Of a stretch of 64,000 nt of DNA, positions 1-9,609 are shown piece by piece. Source of the stretch: a virus; IMG/VR virus record IMGVR_UViG_3300029057_000206. One strand, given 5' to 3'. Made by a program: the position numbers and the translations under genes. The notes under the pieces are model-generated. The model had not been told where the DNA came from. It did no database searches and saw only the letters and a list, made by a program, of their open reading frames with translations. How positions within the stretch are numbered: position 1 is the stretch's first letter; each line of letters opens with the position of its first letter.

Positions 1-1
1 A

Positions 2-772
2 AAAGATGTAAAGAAGTTCGCGCATTTCGTTGAGCGCGACTGTATGAACATCAAAGGACTGTCGGAGGCAACACTGCAGAAATTCCTTGATTCCGGTTTC
101 CTGCATGAGTTCGCAGATCTGTACCATTTGGACAGATACAAGGATCAGATCGTTCCGATGGAAGGCTTTGGACAAAAATCATACGACAACCTGATTGCCT
201 CCGTTGAGAAAAGCCGCAGGTCTTCCTTTGTTCCATTTATCCATTCCCTCGGTATCCCTAATATCGGAAAAGGACAGGCAAAACTGTTTGACAAGGAATA
301 TAATGGAGATGTTGAGAAGTTTTTCGTTGATGTGTACCAGAGACATGACTTTACCCACATCGAAGGTATTGGAGATGTCTTAAACGATAACCTCTGGAAA
401 TGGGGGAATGAATACTTAAGATATATTCCATTTGAGGATAGTTTGAATAAGGTGTCACCGCCTCTTAATCTGGAAGTTTACAACCTGCTCAAAGAAGTGG
501 ATATCCAGATCCCGGAGAAAGCATCAACGGGTGCATCTTCCCTTGCCGGGAAAACATTTGTAATTACCGGCAAGTTAAAGCATTTTACAAACCGGGATGC
601 ACTGGTGGCAAAGATTGAAGAACTTGGAGGAAAAGCTTCCGGTTCGGTATCAAAGAATACCTCATATCTGATCAACAACGATGTTGAGAGCACATCCGGA
701 AAGAACAAGAAGGCAAAGGAACTCGGAGTGCCGGTTATTTCGGAAGACGGGTTTCTGGAGATGATTAAATAA
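2..772 (+). CDS. ligA: NAD-dependent DNA ligase LigA, C-terminal part (HhH + BRCT region); 5' end lies upstream of the window
   Basis: The frame is open from position 2. HhH-like GIGxxxA/GIPNIGK motifs are present, and the C-terminus has a BRCT-like region (GKTFVITG...LGGK). An operonic RBS precedes the next gene. Confidence 0.8.
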   Translation, partial: KDVKKFAHFVERDCMNIKGLSEATLQKFLDSGFLHEFADLYHLDRYKDQIVPMEGFGQKSYDNLIASVEKSRRSSFVPFIHSLGIPNIGKGQAKLFDKEYNGDVEKFFVDVYQRHDFTHIEGIGDVLNDNLWKWGNEYLRYIPFEDSLNKVSPPLNLEVYNLLKEVDIQIPEKASTGASSLAGKTFVITGKLKHFTNRDALVAKIEELGGKASGSVSKNTSYLINNDVESTSGKNKKAKELGVPVISEDGFLEMIK

Positions 773-781
773 GGAGGACAT

Positions 782-1420
782 ATGTCACATATGAAAGGAA
801 TCCATGTTTCCTTCGATATTGTGGACGAGTTTATTCCACGGGTGCCGCGTCAGCGGTGTCCGGGAGAAGATGAGACAGTTCCGCGGATCTGTGTTGCGGA
901 AGACATCCTGAATGCTGTTAATGCAGTCCCACAGGCAGGACTTGTTATGGAGAATATGAAAAGTCTCGGTCTTCCTGTCGTAATTCATGCTTATTACCTT
1001 ACAGGAGAGGGCATGGGAAAAGAGGAAGTGCAGAACTACGTTCCGGATGCAAAGCTGACAGGGGAGTTCTGGCTGACAGAAAAACCCCGGGAAGTACGGC
1101 GTGTGGACTACGAGATTGTGGATTTTACAACGGAAACGGTTAAGGATCCGTTTGGACACGACCTTACGGCTGTTGTGATTATTTCTTTCAATAAATGTGA
1201 ATATCAGGACAATGTGGAAAATTTCCTGCATTCCATGAACGGATGTGGGGACGTATCCAAAGAGCGCATGGAAAGAGCACGGAAAATTTTCAAGGAATAT
1301 TCGTTCCGTACCGTAATATCGAATATCGGAGATTTAATTACGAAAAACGGAGATGCAATTACGAAAAAAATAAGAGAAAAGAGGAACCTGCGGGTTCTTC
1401 TTTTTTTCTTTCCATCTTAA
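782..1420 (+). CDS. hypothetical protein
   Basis: 212-aa ORF. The RBS aaggagga sits 6 nt upstream and overlaps the ligA stop. Confidence 0.5.
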   Translation: MSHMKGIHVSFDIVDEFIPRVPRQRCPGEDETVPRICVAEDILNAVNAVPQAGLVMENMKSLGLPVVIHAYYLTGEGMGKEEVQNYVPDAKLTGEFWLTEKPREVRRVDYEIVDFTTETVKDPFGHDLTAVVIISFNKCEYQDNVENFLHSMNGCGDVSKERMERARKIFKEYSFRTVISNIGDLITKNGDAITKKIREKRNLRVLLFFFPS

Positions 1421-1441
1421 GCGGTTAGTGCGGAAATTTTG

Positions 1442-1497
1442 TTTCATATTGGTAGTGTAAACGAAACTATTTCAACAACGAAAGGAGAAAAAAGACT
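1442..1497 (+). promoter_or_regulatory. leader module L (TTTCATATT-N5-TGTAAAC-N~20-CGAAAGGAGAAA) in front of a 15-codon mini-ORF at 1498..1545
   Basis: gtttcatattggtagtgtaaacg...cgaaaggagaaaaaagactATG. This is one of 12 copies in the window. Confidence 0.5.
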
Positions 1498-1586
1498 ATG
1501 CGAAAAAAGAAAATAAAAATCATCGAAAAACCTCCTCGGTCTTGAAATTTTTGTATAAGTAAGAAAACAAGAGTTTCAATAGAAAA

Positions 1587-1919
1587 TTGGAGGAAAATAT
1601 TATGGTACAAACAATTAAAATACCAAGCAAAGAAATGGAATTAATTAATGATTTGCTAAACCTCACAGGAGATGAGATTTATCAGAAATATGGATATAAG
1701 CGAGACGAAACAATTACACATACTGCCAAATTCCCAAATGGAATTGAAGCAGATATTAAGTTAGTAATTTGTGAAGAAGAAGCTCCATATACAGAAGGTA
1801 TATTATTCCATAATGGATTTGAACTAACATGCACAGAACCAGATTGTACATATGACGGTGAATGGAACTTCGAACATAATGGAATTGAATACACTGTTCT
1901 CGTGGAAGTGGAAAATTGA
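1587..1919 (+). CDS. hypothetical protein
   Basis: 110-aa ORF preceded by the RBS ggagg. Confidence 0.5.
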   Translation: MEENIMVQTIKIPSKEMELINDLLNLTGDEIYQKYGYKRDETITHTAKFPNGIEADIKLVICEEEAPYTEGILFHNGFELTCTEPDCTYDGEWNFEHNGIEYTVLVEVEN

Positions 1920-2212
1920 AGAAACGATGGCTTAACAGATTAAGATTTAAAAGAGGGGAACAAATGCAAATAAATGTTAAATATAATGTTGGAGAAAAAA
2001 TAAAAAGACCACGTAATTGTTTTGCCACTACATCTCATTCTGGTTCAAGCGCAGAACAAATTCTCAGAGTTGAAAGAATAATTATTGAAAGAGGAAATTC
2101 TTTCAACGGTTGGAAAACAAAATTCTACTATGAGTGCCAAGATGAGCAGAATGGTAATTTTGTCACATTGGATGATGAAGAAATAGATAAATGTAGTAGT
2201 ATGAAACGATGA
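1916..2212 (+). CDS. hypothetical protein
   Basis: 98-aa ORF whose start overlaps the stop of the previous gene (translational coupling). Confidence 0.45.
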   Translation: MKKRWLNRLRFKRGEQMQINVKYNVGEKIKRPRNCFATTSHSGSSAEQILRVERIIIERGNSFNGWKTKFYYECQDEQNGNFVTLDDEEIDKCSSMKR

Positions 2213-2235
2213 TTTTATTAAGAAAATAAACAGGA

Positions 2236-2270
2236 TAAAGGCACGGCTCCGGCTGTGTCTTTTTTTTGTA
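2236..2270 (+). terminator. rho-independent terminator
   Basis: A GC hairpin (cacggctccggctgtg) is followed by T8. Confidence 0.5.
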
Positions 2271-2322
2271 TTTCATATTAAAAATGTAGAGATTTTTTTT
2301 TGCGAAAGGAGAAAGAGAAAAT
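2261..2322 (+). promoter_or_regulatory. leader module L copy in front of cca
   Basis: tttcatattaaaaatgtagag...gcgaaaggagaaagagaaaatATG. Confidence 0.45.
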
Positions 2323-3705
2323 ATGAAAAAAGAAGAATTAATACCGGATGTCCGCTCACGGGAAGATATTAACCGGCTATATCAGGTGTTTACCGCATCA
2401 GGATATCAGCTGTATCCCGTTGGGGGCTGTGTGAGGGATGCTGTAGCCGGAACAGCGCCACACGACTACGATATGTGTACAAATGCTGTTCCGGCGCGGG
2501 TCATTCAGATTTTGCAGGACGGGCAGATTCCGTTCCATGCACCGGGGATCGACTTTGGTACGGTCATTGCAGATGTAAGAGGGAATTCCTACGAAATTAC
2601 GAGCTTCCGGTCAGAAAGAGAATATACCGATGGCCGGCATCCGGGTAAGATCGTATTTGAGAAGGAGATAAATAAGGATCTTTCCAGAAGAGACTTTACG
2701 ATCAATGCGATGGCTTACGATCTGCAGTCCGAAACGGTCATTGACCCATTCAACGGCATCAGCGACCTACAGAACGGCATCATTAAATGTGTTGGAGACC
2801 CTTTCGAGCGCTTTCAGGAGGACGGGCTTCGGATTGTCCGGGCACTTCGATTTGCAATCCGCTATGGGGCAGATTTTGATGGGAAAACGGCGGGAGCAAT
2901 CCATGAGAACCTTGGAATGCTGCAGAACGTTTCAAAAGAACGTATCCTTATGGAATTTAGGAAAATCCTGAGTATGGATAAACCGGTTTCCAGAGTTTTT
3001 GTGGAATATGCAGATGTAATTACCTGCCTTATTCCGGAATTAAAGTCGTGCGTACATTTCAATCAGAACAACAGATACCATAAGCATGATGTGTACGAGC
3101 ATCTGCTCGCTGTAACAGATTTGTGCCAGACCACAAAATTTGAGATTAAGATGGCAGCACTGCTTCACGATATTGGAAAGCCGGACAGCTACATGGAAGA
3201 TGAGAACGGACATGGTCATTTTTACGGGCATCCGGCAGTATCCGCGGAGATTGCAAAGGGAGTTCTGAAAACGGATTTTAAGGGGTTGAAGACGGAAGAA
3301 TATGACCGTATCGTTGCGCTTGTGAAAACGCACGACAAATCAATTTCGTCGTCAAGAAAATCCGTAAAAAGATTCATCGCTGCTCATGGAGCGGATTTCC
3401 TCGATGACTGGGCTGTTTTAAAGAAAGCAGATTTCGATGACCACATTTTCCCGTCAGAACCGCCAAAAAACTGGTTTACGGATATTCCAGATGTCCTGAA
3501 AATCCGTGATGAACTTGTGGCAGAGGAAGAGTGCTTTTCCCTGAAAGATCTGGCAGTTAATGGGAAAGATCTGATGAAAGAACTTGGCCTAAAACCGGGA
3601 AAGAAGATTGGTGCTATCCTGCAGCAGATGCTTGAAGCGGTCATTAACGAAACGGTAACAAACAATCGGGATGAACTTCTTTCCCTCGCACAGAAACTTA
3701 TTTAA
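2323..3705 (+). CDS. cca: CCA-adding tRNA nucleotidyltransferase (pol-beta NTase head + HD domain)
   Basis: Contains the GGCVRD...DYD nucleotidyltransferase motif and the HD motif LLHDIGK. 460 aa. Confidence 0.85.
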   Translation: MKKEELIPDVRSREDINRLYQVFTASGYQLYPVGGCVRDAVAGTAPHDYDMCTNAVPARVIQILQDGQIPFHAPGIDFGTVIADVRGNSYEITSFRSEREYTDGRHPGKIVFEKEINKDLSRRDFTINAMAYDLQSETVIDPFNGISDLQNGIIKCVGDPFERFQEDGLRIVRALRFAIRYGADFDGKTAGAIHENLGMLQNVSKERILMEFRKILSMDKPVSRVFVEYADVITCLIPELKSCVHFNQNNRYHKHDVYEHLLAVTDLCQTTKFEIKMAALLHDIGKPDSYMEDENGHGHFYGHPAVSAEIAKGVLKTDFKGLKTEEYDRIVALVKTHDKSISSSRKSVKRFIAAHGADFLDDWAVLKKADFDDHIFPSEPPKNWFTDIPDVLKIRDELVAEEECFSLKDLAVNGKDLMKELGLKPGKKIGAILQQMLEAVINETVTNNRDELLSLAQKLI

Positions 3706-3716
3706 CACAAAAAAAG

Positions 3717-5409
3717 AAAGCCTGTATCCCAGACTTTCTCAGACCGTAGACAAAGTGCTCCGAGAAACTTCCGTTTCTCGGAGCATTTTTCTTTGTGTTT
3801 ATGAAATTTATTCCGAAAACAGGAAATTTTCCCTTGGATTATGCCATCCGTAATCCCCATTCCTGCTTGCATTTTGCAAGCTTTTTTAAATTCATGCACG
3901 CAAACGTAAGCGCGACTTTCATTGTCATCCGCGCTTTGCCATACAACTGCGTATATCGAAATCCGTGGTTTTCCTTTGCCGTTCCAAAGATTCTTTCAAT
4001 CGTTTCTTTTCTGTGTGAGTATAGCTCCTTCATTCCTTCTGTATGCCGGATATCCTCACATGTTTCCATATAGTCTTCCCATACATGTCTCGTAACAACT
4101 TTTACATGGTTCTTGCTTTCTGTACACTGCGAAAGATACTCGCACTTTTCGCAAATCTGTCCACAGCTTTTATACTCGCGATATCCATCCCGATTTGTCG
4201 TGCTGTAATGCAGAAAGTGATTCCCTGGACAAATATAAGCATCATTATACTCATCATATACATACTCAGATTTCCTGAAAAAGCCATCCTTTGTCATGGG
4301 ACGCTTGTAAGGAAAGACCGGCTTTATTCCATCATCCAAAAGTAGCTTTGCTATTGCAGGAGTTTTATACCCGGCATCAACGATACAGTATTTCATGCCG
4401 ATATCTGCAAGCTTATCGTAAAGGCCTTTAAAAGTTCGACTGTCATGCTCATTACCAGGGTTTACTGTAAAATCAATAATCCATCCATTTTTATCGCATG
4501 CTGTTTCAATCCCATAAGCAAACACATGCTTGTGCTCACCTTTCCGAAACCAGCCGCTCTCAGGATCTGTAGTGCTACACTTAATTGTTTTTTCATCTGA
4601 CGGAACATCATCCGTATAATCTTCAAACTTGTCGTTGCCACCGGAACCAGGTTTGTTGTTATCGTCTTTATCTTTCAACGGTTTCTTTCCGTGCGCTTCT
4701 CTGTCTGCGTTAATGTCCTGACGCAGCATGTCAGCATAAAATAAAGCTTCCTGTTTTGCGATTCGTTTCTGCATCTTTCTGTTGTTCGCCCGCGCTTTCA
4801 CATGTGTTGCATCAACAAAAATCTCTGTTGAATCAACCAGTTTGAAACGGTAACACTCCTCAAGGATACGCTGGAAAATCTGCTCGAATAAGTCGGTATC
4901 TTTAAAACGACGGGTATAGTTTTTCCCGAAAGTAGAAAAATGAGGGACCGGATCATAAAGTTCAAGTCCAAGGAACCAACGGTAAGCCATGTTTACTTCA
5001 ATCTCTTTGATTGTCTGCCGCATGCTTTTGATTCCATACAGGTATTGAATAAGCGGTATCTTAATAAGCGTAACCGGATCAATACTTGGTCTACCCATTC
5101 CGTCGGAATAAGTATCACGGACGAGATCATAGATGAATGTCCAGTCAATAGCTTTGTCAATAAGTCGTAGAAGATGATTCCGCGGAACAAGATCATCAAT
5201 ACATACCATCTGCATTTGCTTTCTTACTTTTTCTGTTTCTTGTGTCATCATAGAACAATACCGCCTTTTTTGATACCTTTATTATACCAAAAAGAGACTG
5301 AAAAGTCTTGAAAATACTGACTTTTAGCCTCTTTAATACAGAAAAATCCCCGGCAAAAAGCCGAGGACTTTGTCTACAGTCTGAGAAAGCCTGTATCCCA
5401 GACTTTCTT
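3717..5409 (-). mobile_element. IS1182-family insertion sequence (~1.69 kb)
   Basis: Imperfect terminal inverted repeats ctttctcagac(c/t)gtagacaaagt(g/c)ctc lie at 3735-3761 and 5361-5387. They are flanked by a ~20-bp direct repeat aaagcctgtatcccagactttc (3718-3740 and 5387-5409). A single transposase ORF lies inside. Confidence 0.7.
3839..5251 (-). CDS. IS1182-family (IS5/IS4-superfamily DDE) transposase
   Basis: 470 aa. The N-terminus has the transposase-InsH-like LVPRNHLLRLID motif, followed by a DDE domain and a C-terminal Cys-rich region typical of IS1182. Confidence 0.85.
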   Translation of the reverse strand: MMTQETEKVRKQMQMVCIDDLVPRNHLLRLIDKAIDWTFIYDLVRDTYSDGMGRPSIDPVTLIKIPLIQYLYGIKSMRQTIKEIEVNMAYRWFLGLELYDPVPHFSTFGKNYTRRFKDTDLFEQIFQRILEECYRFKLVDSTEIFVDATHVKARANNRKMQKRIAKQEALFYADMLRQDINADREAHGKKPLKDKDDNNKPGSGGNDKFEDYTDDVPSDEKTIKCSTTDPESGWFRKGEHKHVFAYGIETACDKNGWIIDFTVNPGNEHDSRTFKGLYDKLADIGMKYCIVDAGYKTPAIAKLLLDDGIKPVFPYKRPMTKDGFFRKSEYVYDEYNDAYICPGNHFLHYSTTNRDGYREYKSCGQICEKCEYLSQCTESKNHVKVVTRHVWEDYMETCEDIRHTEGMKELYSHRKETIERIFGTAKENHGFRYTQLYGKARMTMKVALTFACMNLKKLAKCKQEWGLRMA

Positions 5410-5418
5410 TTTCTTTCC

Positions 5419-5631
5419 TTACTTCGCCTCGATAATGAGTACGTTGTCTGATATCGTAATGTATCCGACATGCATGTCGAGGATTTCGTCGACCGGCTTT
5501 CCGTAGCCGTCTTTTAAAGTGCTGAATAGCACGGGTGCTTCGCGCCACTGTTTCCCATCGCGGCAGTTGTAAATTGCGTAATTGCAATTTGCATCGAAAC
5601 TATCCGAATAAATAAGATCTCCAACCAACAT
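5419..5631 (-). CDS. hypothetical small protein
   Basis: 70-aa ORF in a minus-strand 3-gene operon. Confidence 0.4.
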   Translation of the reverse strand: MLVGDLIYSDSFDANCNYAIYNCRDGKQWREAPVLFSTLKDGYGKPVDEILDMHVGYITISDNVLIIEAK

Positions 5632-5649
5632 ATGTTTTCCTCCTTGTGT

Positions 5650-5862
5650 TCAATCGCATGACGCCCATGCGACAGCTTCTTCGGCGGTATCGAACCAATC
5701 CGGCGTTTCAACTCCATCTTTTTCCAGATGGAATCCATACAGAATTTCTGTATTTGGATGTTCGCGGAGACATTCCTCAACTTCTGTATAAATATCTCCA
5801 TATATTCCGTCGCCACTATCGTTTGCGCAGACTACTGACAATTTGTATCCATTGATTAACAT
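5650..5862 (-). CDS. hypothetical small protein
   Basis: 70-aa ORF in the same operon. Confidence 0.4.
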   Translation of the reverse strand: MLINGYKLSVVCANDSGDGIYGDIYTEVEECLREHPNTEILYGFHLEKDGVETPDWFDTAEEAVAWASCD

Positions 5863-5874
5863 ACGTTTTTCCTC

Positions 5875-6378
5875 CTACCCGTAGTATTCCTGTTTGAGAA
5901 AATCTGGTTCTCCTTCAATTCCAAGCGAGTCCATGCATTCTTTACAAATGGATTTAAGTTTTTCTTGCGTTAAACTTTTTTCCTCTTCGTTGTAGTTCCA
6001 TGGGTAATCTTCTTGGAAAATGACAGCTGGATAAGTGTCACAATCTGGATCAGCTCCGTAATAGGAAAAACGGATGCCTGTTACACGAGTCATTACATTG
6101 CTGATGACAGCGCCTGCGCCCTGTGATCCGGAAGTTTGGCAGCTGTAGGAATCGAAAGTTTTTTCAATGATGTCTTCTAGTTCAGATTCATCCATTTTTT
6201 TTGGTTTCCCATTTTCATCTTTTACATTGAGACGTTCTGAAAACAGGTTGAAAAGTTCAACCTCTTCATTACTCATGCAAAAATGAAAAAGGTTATTTTC
6301 GAGAAATTCTTTGAATTTTTTTGGCTTACAATCGCAGTTAAATCCAATGCCGCAGTAAATGATTGAGTTCATATTCAT
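5875..6378 (-). CDS. hypothetical protein
   Basis: 167-aa ORF. It is first in the operon and is preceded on the minus strand by leader module L. Confidence 0.5.
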   Translation of the reverse strand: MNMNSIIYCGIGFNCDCKPKKFKEFLENNLFHFCMSNEEVELFNLFSERLNVKDENGKPKKMDESELEDIIEKTFDSYSCQTSGSQGAGAVISNVMTRVTGIRFSYYGADPDCDTYPAVIFQEDYPWNYNEEEKSLTQEKLKSICKECMDSLGIEGEPDFLKQEYYG

Positions 6379-6434
6379 ATTTTGTATCTCCTTTCGATAG
6401 TAAAAAAATTGTTTTACAACTTTAATATGAAATA
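6379..6434 (-). promoter_or_regulatory. leader module L (minus strand), divergent from the next copy
   Basis: The reverse complement reads tttcatattaaagttgtaaaac...cgaaaggagatacaaaatATG. Confidence 0.5.
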
Positions 6435-6466
6435 AAAAAGTTTTCTTCTGTGGTTGGATTTTTTCA

Positions 6467-6516
6467 TTTCATATTGTTGGCGTAAACAAAAAACCTGTGC
6501 GAAAGGAGAAAATGAG
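6467..6516 (+). promoter_or_regulatory. leader module L
   Basis: tttcatattgttggcgtaaacaaaaaacctgtgcgaaaggagaaaatgagATG. Confidence 0.5.
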
Positions 6517-6825
6517 ATGGAAAAGAAAGAGATTGGAACGATGAGAGAGAAAGAATTCAAAGATGCCCTGCAGGAATCCAGAGAATATCTCTCAGACTAT
6601 ATTTGCGTTAGCAAAGATGTAATCAGGGCAATCCAGCGGCATGCAAAGCGCTATGGCATCATGCCTGGAATCTGTGCATGGTATCTCGACTGGGAAGATT
6701 TTTGTTCTGACTGGTGTGATCAGTGTGGATATACGCGAACGCAGGCAAGAAAACTGTTGCATGGAGGAATCGGGGAATTTCAGGTTTTGCCAAATGGAAA
6801 CGGAATCATCCGGTATACATTGTAA
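6517..6825 (+). CDS. hypothetical protein (start reassigned from the ORF-track 6454 to the ATG that follows the leader RBS)
   Basis: 102 aa. GAAAGGAG sits 8 nt upstream of ATG 6517. Confidence 0.5.
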   Translation: MEKKEIGTMREKEFKDALQESREYLSDYICVSKDVIRAIQRHAKRYGIMPGICAWYLDWEDFCSDWCDQCGYTRTQARKLLHGGIGEFQVLPNGNGIIRYTL

Positions 6826-6837
6826 GAGGAGAAAACT

Positions 6838-7050
6838 ATGAATAAGACTTATTATATTTTTCGACACCGTGTTGGCGTACCAAGGCATCTGGATGTCTGC
6901 CTTGCGGATGAGAAGAATGGAAGTAATTTCATTTTCCAGACGAAAGATGCCGCTCAGAGATGTCTTGAGAAAGAATTCCGTAAAGGGAGAGCGTTTCATG
7001 ACCAAAAATATGGATATGTAAAGCATTACATTCGGTATTTTTACAGTTAA
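6838..7050 (+). CDS. hypothetical small protein
   Basis: 70 aa. RBS aagaggag. A terminator follows (T-run at ~7070-7090). Confidence 0.45.
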   Translation: MNKTYYIFRHRVGVPRHLDVCLADEKNGSNFIFQTKDAAQRCLEKEFRKGRAFHDQKYGYVKHYIRYFYS

Positions 7051-7086
7051 GCGTATGCGAAAGAGTTCCTTTTTTAGAGGGGGACT

Positions 7087-7148
7087 CTTTTTTTTGTTTC
7101 ATATTACTGGTGTAAACTTTTTAAGACTATTCGAAAGGAGAAAATAAG
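7087..7148 (+). promoter_or_regulatory. leader module L
   Basis: tttcatattactggtgtaaac...ttcgaaaggagaaaataagATG. Confidence 0.5.
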
Positions 7149-7952
7149 ATGAAAGTAAAGAAATTAGCGGATGGAACAATACAGTTCCAAAAAGATGAGC
7201 GCGATTATGAGGACGTTGTTTACACCGTTTTCTTTGAAACAAATTTACTGCTTCTTGGTTTGAAGAAAGAAGATACTTCTGAAACTGTGCAATTCTTTTA
7301 CAGCATGGATACCGACAAGAAATACGGCACGGTTCATTTGCCAGAAGATCAGAAACGGTTTGATGCTGGCGAGGTATTAACTCTGTATCCGATGGATATG
7401 ACGATGGATGACTATGAAGTTCTTTGCAATGAAAAACTTATGTTTGAGATGTCTGGAGGACAGGTAATGGATGCGTTCTCGATTAATGAGAAATCTTTTG
7501 TTTTGTGCCCGTACGTCGTTGTTCCACATAAGGAGAAACCTTCCTTCAAATGCCTTGTATTCGACTATGAAATGAACCCAGTGGATGGATATGCGGATGT
7601 TTGTGGAGACAATCCTTTCACAGTTATGAAAAGGGTAATGGAAAAACTTGGGTTGGATGAGGAGAGTTCTGTATCGCGCATTGAAACAACGTCTGCTTTA
7701 ATGCGTGCTAGATATCGTAAATGGTTTTACACATACGGAAGCAGTAACCAGTTTCCTTTCCAGAGTGGCTGGACAGAGGTGCTTGCTACTGATGCAAAAC
7801 GAGCAAATCAAACTTTTCGTGGTGTTCACCCAGATGTAACTCCTGGTTATTTGAATTGTGCGTACATGTACAGTCAGGATGAGTTCCCAATGAGTATGGC
7901 TTCCGCAGGAAATTATGGAAGCTGGACGCAGGAAACCCTGATTGCCAGATAG
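7149..7952 (+). CDS. hypothetical protein
   Basis: 267-aa ORF that directly follows the leader. Confidence 0.55.
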   Translation: MKVKKLADGTIQFQKDERDYEDVVYTVFFETNLLLLGLKKEDTSETVQFFYSMDTDKKYGTVHLPEDQKRFDAGEVLTLYPMDMTMDDYEVLCNEKLMFEMSGGQVMDAFSINEKSFVLCPYVVVPHKEKPSFKCLVFDYEMNPVDGYADVCGDNPFTVMKRVMEKLGLDEESSVSRIETTSALMRARYRKWFYTYGSSNQFPFQSGWTEVLATDAKRANQTFRGVHPDVTPGYLNCAYMYSQDEFPMSMASAGNYGSWTQETLIAR

Positions 7953-8030
7953 TTGAAAAAGAAGAAAAAGCTGTGCATATTTGCATGGCTTTTTTTGTGT
8001 GTGGGTGTGAGAAATGGAGAAAAAGTTTCA

Positions 8031-8082
8031 TTTCATATTCCTTATGTGAACATTTTTACAAAGTTGAAAGGAGAAAGAATCT
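8031..8082 (+). promoter_or_regulatory. leader module L
   Basis: tttcatattccttatgtgaac...gttgaaaggagaaagaatctATG. Confidence 0.5.
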
Positions 8083-8943
8083 ATGAAAACAACAATTAAA
8101 CTGTGGTATGAGGAAAAATATCTGCCAAATAAAAGATGCCGTAAATTAAGAGAGCGTGCTGTCAGCAAAGATGTTGATATTGAGGCTTGCGAGGTTACCA
8201 AGGAAGAATTTCCGGTTGCGTTTGTCATACATGACTATGAGAGTGTGTATGAAGGTGCAAAGTCATATAGTGATTTTGAAGGAAACGGAGATTATAGGAT
8301 GTTTTCAGAAGAGATCAGGACATATAATGGGAAACTGTACAAGCCTCTCCGTGTTACGTACGGCACAGCAATCAGCACAAACTTTGAGTCATTGGATACT
8401 TTAAAATATAAGCTGCAGGAACAGGCTCCAGTCTGGAAAGGTGGAGAGGATTATTCAGAAGGATCCATTATTAAGGAAAGCAATTTTAATGAGAAAATGA
8501 ATTCCGCGAATAAAAGGGCCGAGGTTTATATTGTGTGTGACGGTGTCATCTGGGAAACTTGTGGAGAACCGATGTATGTCATAAATACTTTTGGCCTTGG
8601 ACACAACCATGGCGGAACTGGATTTTTTATTGAGTACTTTTATAATGATAACATTCCAGCTCAAAACTACTTCAACGCCTTGCAGCGTGAGGAAGCGATT
8701 ACCTATGGCAAAAAAGTAGCTCTTGGACGTGGGGATGACAAAAGCGTGGATGGCATGGGAGACCACGACATCATTGAGGTCAAGATGCCGGAAATGGTTA
8801 AGAGATGCCCACAGAAAGATCATGGGGATGGAGATCCATTTTTAAACGAGCTTGAAGGTATCATTTCCCATAGCGACAGCATTGGCGAAGCGGGGCTTCT
8901 CACAGTTCTTACGACAATGGCAGAGTGCAACGCAGAAAAATAA
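8083..8943 (+). CDS. hypothetical protein
   Basis: 286-aa ORF. Confidence 0.55.
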   Translation: MKTTIKLWYEEKYLPNKRCRKLRERAVSKDVDIEACEVTKEEFPVAFVIHDYESVYEGAKSYSDFEGNGDYRMFSEEIRTYNGKLYKPLRVTYGTAISTNFESLDTLKYKLQEQAPVWKGGEDYSEGSIIKESNFNEKMNSANKRAEVYIVCDGVIWETCGEPMYVINTFGLGHNHGGTGFFIEYFYNDNIPAQNYFNALQREEAITYGKKVALGRGDDKSVDGMGDHDIIEVKMPEMVKRCPQKDHGDGDPFLNELEGIISHSDSIGEAGLLTVLTTMAECNAEK

Positions 8944-8949
8944 GATTAA

Positions 8950-8981
8950 AAGGGTTCGTCTGATGGCGGACTCTTTTTTTT
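8950..8981 (+). terminator. terminator; its 35-nt sequence aaagggttcgtctgatggcggactcttttttttat is identical to the copy at 11477-11511
   Basis: A G-U-containing hairpin (gggttcg / cggactc) is followed by T9. Confidence 0.5.
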
Positions 8982-8982
8982 A

Positions 8983-9010
8983 TTCCATATTAAAAGTGTA
9001 AACCGATTTT
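8983..9010 (+). promoter_or_regulatory. leader module L, truncated (its downstream part is displaced by the IS605 insertion)
   Basis: ttccatattaaaagtgtaaacc, then the IS left-end hairpin. Confidence 0.4.
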
Positions 9011-9073
9011 TTAATGAAATATCTAAGCAGAAGTCCCCTGACAGCGTCAGGGGATGAATGCGCCATTCGTACT

Positions 9074-9499
9074 CTATTTTGTATACTGATTCTGTATATA
9101 CTGGCGCACAGTTTCTTTGCTCATGTTCCCAACGGTACCCATGTAATAGCTGTGTGACCACAGGTGCCCTCCCCACATCTTTGCTTCTTTGATCTCCGGG
9201 TGGTTTATGAAAAAGATCTTTGCACTATGGCCCTTGAGATTTTTTACTACATCTGTTGCAGAATACTTTGGCTTAAAACTTAGCATCATATGGACATGAT
9301 CTTCCATAACTTCGATCTCTTCGATGCTGATGTCACTTTTCCCGGCGATATCCAGAAGGATGGATTTCATTTCTTCCACAAGCTGTGGAGTCATAAAAAT
9401 CTTATTCCTGTACTTCGTGACCCACACCAGACGATAGTGGAAGTTGTAAACATAATTCCGTTCATAAACGGCACCTTCAATGCGTGGTTTTCTTTTCAT
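9074..9499 (-). CDS. tnpA: IS200/IS605 TnpA (Y1 HUH transposase)
   Basis: Contains the HUH motif HVHMML and conserved residues YxxK..WGGHLWS..Y. It was trimmed to the ATG that has an RBS (the track ORF starts at 9634). Confidence 0.85.
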   Translation of the reverse strand: MKRKPRIEGAVYERNYVYNFHYRLVWVTKYRNKIFMTPQLVEEMKSILLDIAGKSDISIEEIEVMEDHVHMMLSFKPKYSATDVVKNLKGHSAKIFFINHPEIKEAKMWGGHLWSHSYYMGTVGNMSKETVRQYIQNQYTK

Positions 9500-9609
9500 A
9501 TGCATCACTCCTTTTATTTTAAAATAGCATATGTGTCTGTTGAATTCAATGTTCATATGTGCTATAATTAACCCAAACATAAGTTTGCTTTTGAAGGAGG
9601 TGAAAATCC

